This document shows positions 19,475 through 28,617 of a DNA stretch of 64,000 bases, one piece after another. Every line of letters begins with the position of its first letter. Position 1 is the stretch's first letter. The position numbers were made by a program, and so were the translations under genes. Origin of the DNA: Pyrodictiaceae archaeon (GTDB taxonomy: Archaea > Thermoproteota > Thermoprotei_A > Sulfolobales > Pyrodictiaceae); the NCBI GenBank assembly GCA_027036135.1, contig JALVSY010000016.1, forward strand, positions 288,001-352,000, in the 5' to 3' direction. The notes beneath the pieces were generated by a model. It had not been told where the DNA came from. It was given only the letters and a program-made list of their open reading frames with translations, and ran no database searches.

Positions 19475-20194
19475 GTGAGCGAGGCGGGGTACCTAGCGGC
19501 TTTCGGTGCAGGTTTATTATTTGGTCTAAGTGATAGCCTTGTTCGAGCAGCATCTCGGCGCCTCTCCCCCTACGTGAACTTGTTGATAAGCCTCTTGGTG
19601 GGCACCCCGATACTCTGGCTAGCAGTACCAGCTATAGGATCTACATATATGGGGCTGAGTGCTCTAACAGCGTATATTATCGCAGAGCTACTAAACTTCG
19701 TGGCTGGTAGGCTCCTCTTCTACATAGCCGTAGCGAACCTAGGCGCAGCAACAGCAACTGTCGCCACGAGCCCTGTAACAGCGCTCTCAGCGAGTCTCGT
19801 CTTCGCAACCGCGACGATAATGGTGAGATATGCTGCGTACCACGGAGGAGACCCAGTAACGGGCACAGCGGTATCCTATACAGTCGCGTTGTCCTTCGCA
19901 GCACTCCTAGTCATCGCAAAGAAGCAACAAAGCAACCTTCTACACCTAAGCAGAGAACACAAATACATGATAGCAGCAGCGATAAGCGTCGCGCTAGCGC
20001 AGCTAAGCCGCTACTACTCATTAACAGAGCTAAGCGTGGCTAACGCGGTAGTCCTAATAGGTCTCTTCCCACTGCACACAGTCGCCTTCACAGCGATAAT
20101 GAAGCATAGTACAGAGGAGAAGCCAGGAAAAAGACACGTAATAGCAGCCATAATAGCCATAGTAGCGATAATGCTAGTAACACGAGGAAAATAA
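19475..20194 (+). CDS. EamA/DMT family transporter, apparently with in-frame internal deletion (possible pseudogene)
   Basis: Hydrophobic; EamA-like motifs LNFVAGRLLFY.A...LGA and P..T......EKP; first repeat lacks the equivalent of TM4b-TM5. Confidence 0.7.
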   Translation: MSEAGYLAAFGAGLLFGLSDSLVRAASRRLSPYVNLLISLLVGTPILWLAVPAIGSTYMGLSALTAYIIAELLNFVAGRLLFYIAVANLGAATATVATSPVTALSASLVFATATIMVRYAAYHGGDPVTGTAVSYTVALSFAALLVIAKKQQSNLLHLSREHKYMIAAAISVALAQLSRYYSLTELSVANAVVLIGLFPLHTVAFTAIMKHSTEEKPGKRHVIAAIIAIVAIMLVTRGK

Positions 20195-20282
20195 CACCTA
20201 GCCATAAATAGAGCAGTATATGAGACTGCTTCGAGTAAAGCTTACTAACCAGGACTAAGACGGACTACAATCCTCACGGGGT

Positions 20283-20360
20283 GCCGCCGTAGCTCAGCCT
20301 GGTTGGAGCGCCGCCCTGGTAAGGCGGAGGTCCCGGGTTCAAATCCCGGCGGCGGCTCCA
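20283..20360 (+). tRNA. tRNA-Thr(GGT), CCA encoded
   Basis: GCCGCCG/CGGCGGC acceptor, CCGCC-CT GGT AA-GGCGG, TTCAAAT T-loop. Confidence 0.96.
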
Positions 20361-20583
20361 CTGCGGGCCTTCCTCTTATTAAGAAGTCACATACACTGTT
20401 CTCAACAAGTCTCCTTCTCCTGGTATATTGGTCTCACAATATCCTAGTTATCATAAAATACGTCATCAATTTCTAGCTATATGCTGTGCCTTGTTTTTAA
20501 CTAAAAGTGCTTTTACAGTGAATCAAAGGAATATTATTAAGCGAACACTGGCTGTCGTGCTGGGAAGAGTAGGGCTGTTTTAG

Positions 20584-21360
20584 ATGTCTAGCCTAGAGTG
20601 TTTAGTAAGTAATGTTCGTAAGGGAATAGAGGGCACATTGTTGGAGAGTTGTCTCGTGGAACTCGTTCTCTATGGCTCAATAGTTAGAGGCGACTATGAT
20701 AGCGATATAAGTGACATAGACCTATTCTATATCGTCAACGATGCGTGCAAAGACGATATTACCTGGATAAACCATGTGCTAGGAAACATTACCGAGTCAG
20801 CGCTACGCATCTGCGGCGTTGAGAAGCCGAGAAGAGGTATTGATCTAGCATGGTGTCTTAGAAGCGAGATAGAGAGCAGCCCAGCGCTCTGCGAGTACAA
20901 GTTCCTAACACTGTACAGGGAGGACTTTGAGCAAAGCAGCATACTTGTATTAGGCGAGAAACTTCATACACTGCTCCCAGCGCCCTCCCCAGAGGATGCC
21001 GTTAGACAAGCACTTAAGCGCCTCTCGAGAAGAGTCGTGGAGTTCGCTGAAAAGAATCCGTCCCTATTACCTATTCTCGCTGGCGAGGTAGTGAAGCTGG
21101 TGCTTCTCAGTAATGGCTACAAAGGACCTTGGGTTAAGCAAGCGGTATACAGGGCTCTACAGAGAACAGACCCGGTACTTGCAGATATTTGGCGAAACTA
21201 TCTAGACGGAAAGCCATTACCAGCTAGAGAGGCTCTACAAGTAATAAGATATGCACTAAACAGGCTATGCGGCGGGAAATTCGGAGGCGAATGCAGGGCT
21301 GTAAAGGCTGCTATTGAAGAAGCAAGAGCACTCTTAGAGAAAAAGGAAGAGCAGCACTAG
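20584..21360 (+). CDS. Pol-beta-superfamily nucleotidyltransferase with helical C-terminal domain
   Basis: LYGSIVRGD..SDIDL and third Asp in GIDL. Confidence 0.8.
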   Translation: MSSLECLVSNVRKGIEGTLLESCLVELVLYGSIVRGDYDSDISDIDLFYIVNDACKDDITWINHVLGNITESALRICGVEKPRRGIDLAWCLRSEIESSPALCEYKFLTLYREDFEQSSILVLGEKLHTLLPAPSPEDAVRQALKRLSRRVVEFAEKNPSLLPILAGEVVKLVLLSNGYKGPWVKQAVYRALQRTDPVLADIWRNYLDGKPLPAREALQVIRYALNRLCGGKFGGECRAVKAAIEEARALLEKKEEQH

Positions 21361-22079
21361 TAGGGGAAGTGCTCCGTTACTACTGATAGACTCCTAGTTA
21401 TTGTTATCCGTGTCCCCGTCTTTGCCTCGCAGTACTTGTCGGGGTAGTTCTTGGCAACGTATCTCTTAGCTTGCCAACCACTGCAGTGCATCGGGCAAAT
21501 ATACCTAGCTATCCTAGCCAGGTTATCGAGCTGCCTCGGAGAGGGCTCGTGGAACCCACCTATGATGAGTAGCACCGGTAACCCAGTTATCTCGTGCAAG
21601 CGCTGAGTTAGACGATCGACGCCGGGGTGGCTACACCCAACAACCACAATTAGCCAGCCAGCCGCCTCGAAACCTAATGCTTGCTCATAGAAACCACTCC
21701 ACGCCTCAAGGGGCCCGCTCAGCCAGAACCCGGGCGCAACCTTTAGCGGCTCCTCGACTATGACAAAGTCGAGTTGGAGTCCATGGGCCCAGCTAAGATC
21801 GCCTGGAGGCACGTAGACTCGTAGCCCGGGGCGTCTTGCAGCAACCGCGCTAAACCCGCCATAATGGTCTCCATGATGATGGCTAAGGACAGCGAAGTCC
21901 AGTTTACTGAGATCAACGCCTAGGATCCTAGAATTCCTATCAATAACCGTCGGTGAAGTATCTGCGTCGAATAGTACCCGGTAGCCCTTGGCCTCTATGT
22001 AGAGGCTCCATCCCCACTCATTCAATAACCCAATAGAGCCAGCATTATCGTTGAGGACAACCATCTGTGCTAGGGCCAC
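21357..22079 (-). CDS. MBL-fold metallohydrolase (COG1237-like)
   Basis: EWGWSLYIE, LFDAD, LSHHHGDHYGG, GCSHPG, GGFH, PMHCSG. Confidence 0.88.
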   Translation of the reverse strand: MALAQMVVLNDNAGSIGLLNEWGWSLYIEAKGYRVLFDADTSPTVIDRNSRILGVDLSKLDFAVLSHHHGDHYGGFSAVAARRPGLRVYVPPGDLSWAHGLQLDFVIVEEPLKVAPGFWLSGPLEAWSGFYEQALGFEAAGWLIVVVGCSHPGVDRLTQRLHEITGLPVLLIIGGFHEPSPRQLDNLARIARYICPMHCSGWQAKRYVAKNYPDKYCEAKTGTRITITRSLSVVTEHFPY

Positions 22080-22170
22080 TGAGGGTCCTAGTAATACGTA
22101 TATAATGAGAACTAGGTTATATTTAACTCTCCGCGACGCAAAAATCCCTGTAATAGGGCCCCGGGCGTGG

Positions 22171-22440
22171 CTAGCCTAGCCGCTCCTCAACCTCCCTGTC
22201 AAGAACAATCAGGTTACCGCACTTATCCCGAATACTCTTAACAAACTCAATACCCTTATCAACATCCTCGAAGACTAAGGTGTATAGATAACGAGGAGTC
22301 CTCGCCTTAACCTTTAATACACGTATTCTTCTACGACCCTCCTCCGTCTCAACCCGTCTATAGCCCAGCTTAACTCTACATTCCGAAGCCCGCTCTAGTA
22401 CCTTTAAGAACTCGTCTTCGCTCCTAAGCTCCACCGGCAT
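22171..22440 (-). CDS. rpl38e: 50S ribosomal protein L38e
   Basis: MPVEL...EFL....RA..CRVK and KVKARTPRYLYTLV; ATG 22440 preferred. Confidence 0.8.
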   Translation of the reverse strand: MPVELRSEDEFLKVLERASECRVKLGYRRVETEEGRRRIRVLKVKARTPRYLYTLVFEDVDKGIEFVKSIRDKCGNLIVLDREVEERLG

Positions 22441-22622
22441 CTCCTGGAAACCCCCACCACCGCGACAGTACACAAGCCTCTATAAGCATACTGCCCCTAT
22501 ACCAATAGCGTCGCGCTACCTCAGTTTAATCCAGGCAAGCCAGTGTCCACGGTGCTCACACGGAGATAAGAGAGAAAAACCCTAGACGGGAACCTATGTA
22601 TAACAAACATACATGGCTGGGT

Positions 22623-22731
22623 GGGCCCGTCGTCTAGCTTGGTAGGATGCGGGGTACTCAGCCCCGTGTATGGCGCGGGCTGAGCCCGACTCGGGACCCC
22701 GTGGTCCCGGGTTCGAATCCCGGCGGGCCCA
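22623..22731 (+). tRNA. tRNA-Pro(CGG) with 35-nt intron at non-canonical position 32/33 (22656-22690); CCA not encoded
   Basis: GGGCCCG/CGGGCCC acceptor; BHB central helix CGGG/CCCG, bulges GT|A and AC|T, h' CTCAGCCC/GGGCTGAG; spliced loop TT-CGG-GA. Confidence 0.93.
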
Positions 22732-22781
22732 TCACCTCTTCTCTTTTTAAATCGCGAAGAATGTTTCCTGCTTCTTAGGGC

Positions 22782-22802
22782 GTTATAATTGTTATAATTG
22801 TT
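22782..22802. repeat. Short tandem repeat (GTTATAATT x2.3) upstream of citrate synthase
   Basis: GTTATAATT GTTATAATT GTT read directly. Confidence 0.6.
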
Positions 22803-22909
22803 TTGCTCAAATCTTTTATGATAATAGTTTATTTATAGTGGGATACAAACACTAATTAAGAGGAAACGACATAAATACTATACGGAGGTCTTAGAGTGGG
22901 CGGTACCGA

Positions 22910-24100
22910 ATGGTGGAGCAGAAGCCCGCGTTAAAAAAGGAGGAGAAGAGGACCGAGCCCCAATATATACGCATTCCTAAGGGTTGTGCTAATGTCATAG
23001 TGGATACGAGTAAGATATCATATGTTGACCCGAAGGGTCAAATAACTATAATACGTGGATATAGGATAGACGATCTAGGCAGGCACGCGAGCTTCGAAGA
23101 GGCAGCTTACCTTGTTCTCTTTGGTAAGCTTCCGTGCGAGGATGAGCTAAGAGAGTTTAGCAAGAAGCTTAACTCTGAGAGATGGGTACCAGTTAAGGTG
23201 ATAGATGCTCTTAAGCAGATTCCCCCCTTCGCTCACCCTATGTTCTATGGCTCGTATGGCTTACTTCTCCTTGGCATGTACGACCCGGACGCCGGGGACT
23301 TGAGCATAGACAAGCTATATGAGAGAGCTATCCGTATCATAGCTAAGCTTCCACTCCTATTCATAAATGGGTGGTTTCTCTCCCGCTATGGGCGCATGAT
23401 TGAGCCGGATAGGTCGCTCAATCACGCAGAGGATGTCCTTAGGATGATACGTGGCGGGGACATGCCGACTGATGTTGAGGCCAGGGCTTTTGAGTCAAGC
23501 CTTGTCCTTTACATGGATCATGGCTTCAATGCATCAACATTCACTACAAGAGTAATAGCCTCAACTCTGAGCGATATGTACTCGGCAATAGCAGGCGCTA
23601 TAGGCGCGCTCAAAGGCCCGCTACATGGCGGTGCTAACCAGAGGGCAATAGAGATGATGCTCGAGATAGGCTCGTCGGAGAACGCTAGGTGGTATGTCGA
23701 GCAGAAGCTTAAGTGCCACGAGAAGATAATGGGCTTCGGTCATCGCGTCTACAAGCTCCACGATCCAAGGACAGATGTGCTACGTGAGTGGCTAGAAAAG
23801 CTAGCAGAGACAAGCGCTGAGGCAAAGAAGTTCCTTGATATGATAAACGAGCTGGAGAAGACCATGTGGGAGCTAAAGAGAATACCAAGCAATATAGACC
23901 TCTACACCGGCGCGCTATACTATCTGCTCAAGATACCAAAGGAGTTCTATACACCAATATTTGCAATAGGGAGAGTTGTTGGATGGACAGCACACTACAT
24001 AGAGCAAGTGACTAATAATAAGATAATAAGGCCCAAGGAGGACTACGATGGTCCCAAAGGCCTCGTCTATAAGTCTCTGGAGGAGCGCTGCAAGAGATAG
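22910..24100 (+). CDS. gltA: Citrate (Si)-synthase
   Basis: DHGFNASTFT, LKGPLHGGAN, MGFGHRVYK.DPR, NIDLYTG, GWTAH, IIRP. Confidence 0.93.
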   Translation: MVEQKPALKKEEKRTEPQYIRIPKGCANVIVDTSKISYVDPKGQITIIRGYRIDDLGRHASFEEAAYLVLFGKLPCEDELREFSKKLNSERWVPVKVIDALKQIPPFAHPMFYGSYGLLLLGMYDPDAGDLSIDKLYERAIRIIAKLPLLFINGWFLSRYGRMIEPDRSLNHAEDVLRMIRGGDMPTDVEARAFESSLVLYMDHGFNASTFTTRVIASTLSDMYSAIAGAIGALKGPLHGGANQRAIEMMLEIGSSENARWYVEQKLKCHEKIMGFGHRVYKLHDPRTDVLREWLEKLAETSAEAKKFLDMINELEKTMWELKRIPSNIDLYTGALYYLLKIPKEFYTPIFAIGRVVGWTAHYIEQVTNNKIIRPKEDYDGPKGLVYKSLEERCKR

Positions 24101-24296
24101 AGCTAAACAAGCTCTTTTTCACCCCTATCTTATTTCTAATATTCTCTTAACCAATGAAAATTGATTTATTTTTCATAAAAATCGCTGATATCCTTCTTAT
24201 CTCTTCTTAGGGTGCTAAGGAGCTTAAGGAGGAGAGTTTTAGAAGGAGTAAAATGCTGCCCGTGCAATCCATTAATAAAAGTTTTTGGTAAATGGA

Positions 24297-25580
24297 TTAG
24301 GCTTCTCTTATATAGTCTATCAGTACTTGTGTGTACTCGCTTGTTTTAAGTGGTTTTACTCCTGGCATGTGTCTTGTCAGGTCTTGTGTTACTTTCTTCT
24401 CCTTTATTGCGCGCTTAATAGCCGCTATTATCATGTCTGCTGCTTCTCTCCATCCGAGTATGTGCTTGATTAGTAATGTGCCGCTTAGGATCTCTGCTGT
24501 CGGGTTAGCTAGGTCTTTACCAGCGTATTTTGGTGCTGTACCGTGTACTGGCTCGGCTACCGCCATGTAGTCCCCAGCATTCATTCCTGCTGCCATACCT
24601 ATGCCTCCGACTAGGGCGTTTGCCTCATCGCTTATGTAGTCCCCGTTAACATTTGGTGCTACTATTACTTCGTAGTCCCAGGGCCTCGTTATTATCTGTT
24701 GAAGCATGTTATCGGCTATCCTATCATTTACCAGTATCTTGCCCTCAGGTAGTTTTCCGCCATACTTGCTGTATAGCTCGTCTTCCGTGACGACGTAGTC
24801 GCGGAACTCCGTTGTCGCGACCTCGTATGCCCAGTACCGGAAGGCGCCCTCCGTATACTTCATGATATTGCCCTTGTGCATTATTGTTACTATCTTGTTC
24901 TTGTTGTCTATAGCCCACCGGAGAGCTTTTCTCATGAGCCTCTGGCTAGCGAACCTCGATATCGGCTTAATGCCTATGCCCGCGTCCTCGCGTAGCTCTA
25001 TACCGAACTCCTTTTTCAAGAACTCACGTAGCTTCTTGGCTTCTGGGCTATCAGCTGGCCACTCTATCCCGGCGTATAAGTCCTCCGTGTTCTCCCTAAA
25101 TATTACGAAGTTATCGTGCTCGGCGTAGCAATGGGGAGCTGGCTGGCCGAAGTAGAATACTGGCCTAATGTTGGCATATAGGTCTAGGGCCTTCCTTATA
25201 GCGACGTTAAGGCTACGGTAGCCACCGCCAACCGGTGTCTCTAGGGGCCCTTTGAGAGCCACAAGCGTGTACCTTATGCCGTTAAGCGTGTCCTCCGGCA
25301 AGAGCTCACCATAGATTTTCATAGCCTTGTGCCCGGCGTAGAGCTCCCACCAAATTATCTTCCTCTTTCCACCATAGGCCTTCTCAACGGCTGCATCAAT
25401 TACCTTGCGTGCAGCTATTACTATCTCGGGGCCTATTCCATCCCCCTCTATGTAGGCTACAATAGGTTTATCGGGGACCACTAGCCTGCCATTGACCACT
25501 TTTATTCGCTCGCCTTCCTCAGGCGGCTTAACCTTCGAGAAACGTGGCTCAAAATCCGTAACCGAATCGTACTCGGCCAA
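24297..25580 (-). CDS. icd: Isocitrate dehydrogenase (NADP+, E. coli-type dimeric)
   Basis: IEGDGIGPEI, KGPLETPVGGGYRSLNV, FRENTEDLY, HKGNIMKYTEGAF, NGDYISD, EPVHGTAPKYAG; TTG 25580 after GGGTGA. Confidence 0.95.
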   Translation of the reverse strand: MAEYDSVTDFEPRFSKVKPPEEGERIKVVNGRLVVPDKPIVAYIEGDGIGPEIVIAARKVIDAAVEKAYGGKRKIIWWELYAGHKAMKIYGELLPEDTLNGIRYTLVALKGPLETPVGGGYRSLNVAIRKALDLYANIRPVFYFGQPAPHCYAEHDNFVIFRENTEDLYAGIEWPADSPEAKKLREFLKKEFGIELREDAGIGIKPISRFASQRLMRKALRWAIDNKNKIVTIMHKGNIMKYTEGAFRYWAYEVATTEFRDYVVTEDELYSKYGGKLPEGKILVNDRIADNMLQQIITRPWDYEVIVAPNVNGDYISDEANALVGGIGMAAGMNAGDYMAVAEPVHGTAPKYAGKDLANPTAEILSGTLLIKHILGWREAADMIIAAIKRAIKEKKVTQDLTRHMPGVKPLKTSEYTQVLIDYIREA

Positions 25581-25609
25581 AAACGGGTCACCCTTCTTTT
25601 CTCCAAGCA

Positions 25610-25707
25610 TATCAAACTAAGTTGATAGATTAATAGTGTTTTTACCCGGCCTACAGGTAGACCATTTGTACGTTTCAACGCAACTAGTTTGATAAACCCC
25701 GTTGATA
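25610..25707. promoter_or_regulatory. Putative operator array in the divergent icd/acnA promoter
   Basis: TATCAA-N6-TTGATA palindrome (25610-25627), inverted near-copy CAACTAGTTTGATA (25681-25694), further TTGATA at 25702. Confidence 0.5.
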
Positions 25708-25748
25708 CCCAAAAGTACTTGAAAGAGGTACTGAGGTGCAACGTAGGG

Positions 25749-28469
25749 TTGTCTAGTTCTTTTAATGTCAAGGAGCTTCTTGACTCGCCTCTTGGCAGGG
25801 TCGCTGTTTATCGCCTTGACCGCCTCGAGGAGCTAGGGCTCACCAGGATAGACAAGCTCCCCTACATCATAAGGGTATTGTTAGAGAATATCCTCAGAAA
25901 CTTTGATGACAAAACAATAACCGAGGAGGATGTAAGGGCAGTAGCGTCATGGCCTAGCGGTGCGGGATCAAAGGTAATTCCATTTATGCCTTCTCGTGCA
26001 ATACTCCAGGACTATACTGGTGTTCCCGCCGTAGTAGACCTAGCCGCTATGAGGGATGTAGTGGCAGAGTTTGGGTGCAACCCGCGCATAATTGATACAC
26101 ACATACCCGCTCATCTAATAATTGATCATAGCATAAGTGTTGACTACTTCGGTACATCCTATGCGCTATACAAGAACATGGAGCTCGAGTTCAAGCGCTA
26201 CCGGGAGAGGTACCGTGTCCTCAAGTGGGCTCAGCAAGCCTTCGCTAACCTAAAGGTCGTTCCCCCGGGTAAGGGCATTATACACCAGATAAACATGGAG
26301 TACCTAGCAAAGGTAATCATGTTATCGGAGAAGAATGGCGAGAGAATAGCCTACCCCGATAGCGTTATCGGCGCGGACTCGCACACCACCATGATCAACG
26401 GTATAGGGGTTCTTGGCTGGGGAGCTGGTGGCATCGAAGTAGAGGCAGTGATGCTGGGGCAGCCCTACTACATGATCTTACCAGAGGTAATAGGCGTAAA
26501 GCTCGTCGGCGAACCAAGAGAGGGCGTGACTCCTACCGATATAGTTCTTGCTATAACTGAGTTTCTTAGGAGGAAGGCAGACACTGTCGGCAAGTTCGTG
26601 GAGTTCTATGGCCCCGGGCTCAAGTACTTCCTAGCCTTCGATAGAGCGACTATAGCCAACATGGCACCCGAATACGGGAGCACGACAGGATTCTTCCCCG
26701 TCGACGAGGAAACACTCGCATTCCTAAGACTTACTGGCAGAGACCCCGACTACGTACGCTTCGTTGAATGGTATACCAAGCTACAGCACCTATTCTACGA
26801 TGAGGAAACAGAGCCCGAGTATAGCGTCAAGCTCGAATTCGACCTATCCAGCGTTGAGCCCTCGATTGCTGGCCCGGCACACCCCGATGAAAGGGTACCG
26901 ATAAGGGAGGCAAGGAAGAGGTTCCAAGAGATACTCTCAAAGTACTTGGAGGAAGCCAAGAGGAAGGGCATCGAGGTTTCAGAGAAGGGAGTAAAGCTAA
27001 CATTCGATGGGAGCGAGTACGAGGTCCCGCACGGCGCGGTCGTTATCGCCGCGATAACTAGCTGCACTAATACCTCAAACCCCCATGTCATGATAGGAGC
27101 AGGCCTCGTTGCCAAAAAAGCTGTAGAGAAGGGCTTGGATAGGAAGCCATGGGTTAAGACAAGCCTATCGCCTGGTAGCCGTGTCGTAGTAGAGTATCTG
27201 CGTCAGTCAGGGCTTGCTCAGTATCTCGAGGCTCTAGGCTTCCACGTAGTCGGATTCGGGTGCATGACCTGCATAGGTAACAGCGGGCCCCTAATACCAC
27301 AAGTCGAGAAAGCGATTAAGGAACAAGGCTTGTTCGCCGTCTCGGTGCTAAGCGGTAACAGAAACTTCCTGGGAAGAACACATCCACTAACACGGGGCAA
27401 CTTCCTCGCCTCACCAATGCTCGTTGTAACCTATGCCCTCAAGGGCTCAATAGACTGGGACCCCGAGAAGGAACCAATAGGCTACGACCCCAACGGCGAG
27501 CCCGTCTACCTCAAGGACATATGGCCCAGCACGGCCGAGATAAAGAAGATGATAAGGGAGTACATAAGCCCCGAGCTATACAAGAAAATCTACAAAGACA
27601 TATACAAGGGCACTAAGCAGTGGGAGGAACTAGAGGCCCCAAGCGGCGACCTCTACGCATGGGACCCGGCGTCAACCTTCATACAGAAACCGCCATTCTT
27701 CGAAGGCTTCACACTAGAGCCGCCAAAGCCAAAGGACATCATAGGCGCAAGAGTACTAGTAATGATGGGAGACAAGGTAACAACAGACCACATCTCGCCA
27801 GCAGGCCCTATACCCGTCGATAGCCCGGCTGGGAAGTACCTCTTAGAGCATGGCGTCAAGCCCTCCGAGTTCGGAACCTATGGTGCACGTAGAGGCAACC
27901 ACGAGGTAATGATGCGCGGAACGTTCGCTAACCCAAGGATAAGGAACCTCCTCGTTGACAGAGAGGGAGGCTACACAATATACTGGCCAACCGGGGAGGT
28001 AATGACGGTCTACGAGGCAGCAATGCGGTACAAGGAGCAAGGAATCCCACTAATAGTCATAGCTGGGAAACGGTACGGAGCTGGAAGCAGTAGGGATTGG
28101 GCAGCCAAGGGCCCCTACCTCCTCGGCGTCAAAGCAGTGATAGCCGAGAGCTTTGAGAGAATACATAGAAGCAACCTAGTAGGCATGGGTATTCTCCCCT
28201 TACAGTTCATGCCAGGCCAGAACGCAAAGACCCTCGGTCTTCGAGGAGACGAGGTATACGACATTATAGGCATAAGTGAGGGCCTCGAGCCCCACAAGAA
28301 GCTACACGTCATAGCCCGGAGACCAGATGGCACAAAGATAGAGTTCGATGTAATAGCGAGGCTCGATAACTGGGTAGAGGTCGAGTACTACAAGCATGGC
28401 GGAATACTACACTACGTGCTAAGAAATACTATAAAGAAGTGCCTCGAGAACAAAAAGAAAGAAAAGTAA
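25749..28469 (+). CDS. acnA: Aconitate hydratase AcnA
   Basis: LQDYTGVP, DSHTTM, IAAITSCTNTSNP, GFGCMTCIGNSG, TTDHISPAG, GSSRDWAAKG, ESFERIHRSNL; TTG 25749 preferred. Confidence 0.96.
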   Translation: MSSSFNVKELLDSPLGRVAVYRLDRLEELGLTRIDKLPYIIRVLLENILRNFDDKTITEEDVRAVASWPSGAGSKVIPFMPSRAILQDYTGVPAVVDLAAMRDVVAEFGCNPRIIDTHIPAHLIIDHSISVDYFGTSYALYKNMELEFKRYRERYRVLKWAQQAFANLKVVPPGKGIIHQINMEYLAKVIMLSEKNGERIAYPDSVIGADSHTTMINGIGVLGWGAGGIEVEAVMLGQPYYMILPEVIGVKLVGEPREGVTPTDIVLAITEFLRRKADTVGKFVEFYGPGLKYFLAFDRATIANMAPEYGSTTGFFPVDEETLAFLRLTGRDPDYVRFVEWYTKLQHLFYDEETEPEYSVKLEFDLSSVEPSIAGPAHPDERVPIREARKRFQEILSKYLEEAKRKGIEVSEKGVKLTFDGSEYEVPHGAVVIAAITSCTNTSNPHVMIGAGLVAKKAVEKGLDRKPWVKTSLSPGSRVVVEYLRQSGLAQYLEALGFHVVGFGCMTCIGNSGPLIPQVEKAIKEQGLFAVSVLSGNRNFLGRTHPLTRGNFLASPMLVVTYALKGSIDWDPEKEPIGYDPNGEPVYLKDIWPSTAEIKKMIREYISPELYKKIYKDIYKGTKQWEELEAPSGDLYAWDPASTFIQKPPFFEGFTLEPPKPKDIIGARVLVMMGDKVTTDHISPAGPIPVDSPAGKYLLEHGVKPSEFGTYGARRGNHEVMMRGTFANPRIRNLLVDREGGYTIYWPTGEVMTVYEAAMRYKEQGIPLIVIAGKRYGAGSSRDWAAKGPYLLGVKAVIAESFERIHRSNLVGMGILPLQFMPGQNAKTLGLRGDEVYDIIGISEGLEPHKKLHVIARRPDGTKIEFDVIARLDNWVEVEYYKHGGILHYVLRNTIKKCLENKKKEK

Positions 28470-28617
28470 ACAAAACGAAGATTTTCAACACCATAACCCC
28501 CGGTTCTATTTGCTTTAGATACTGATTAAGAGTTATAATCATACCCCTCCTTTTCGTCTCGGGGCTTATATCTCTGGTAAGAAGCCCTAGCTCCTTACAA
28601 CGGGGTGCTGTAGAGAT

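Noticed and set aside
20327-22726. Near-identical GGTCCCGGGTTCRAATCCCGGCGG in tRNA-Thr and tRNA-Pro as attL/attR
   Set aside because: Both copies belong to complete tRNAs, the core gene rpl38e lies between them, and there is no integrase
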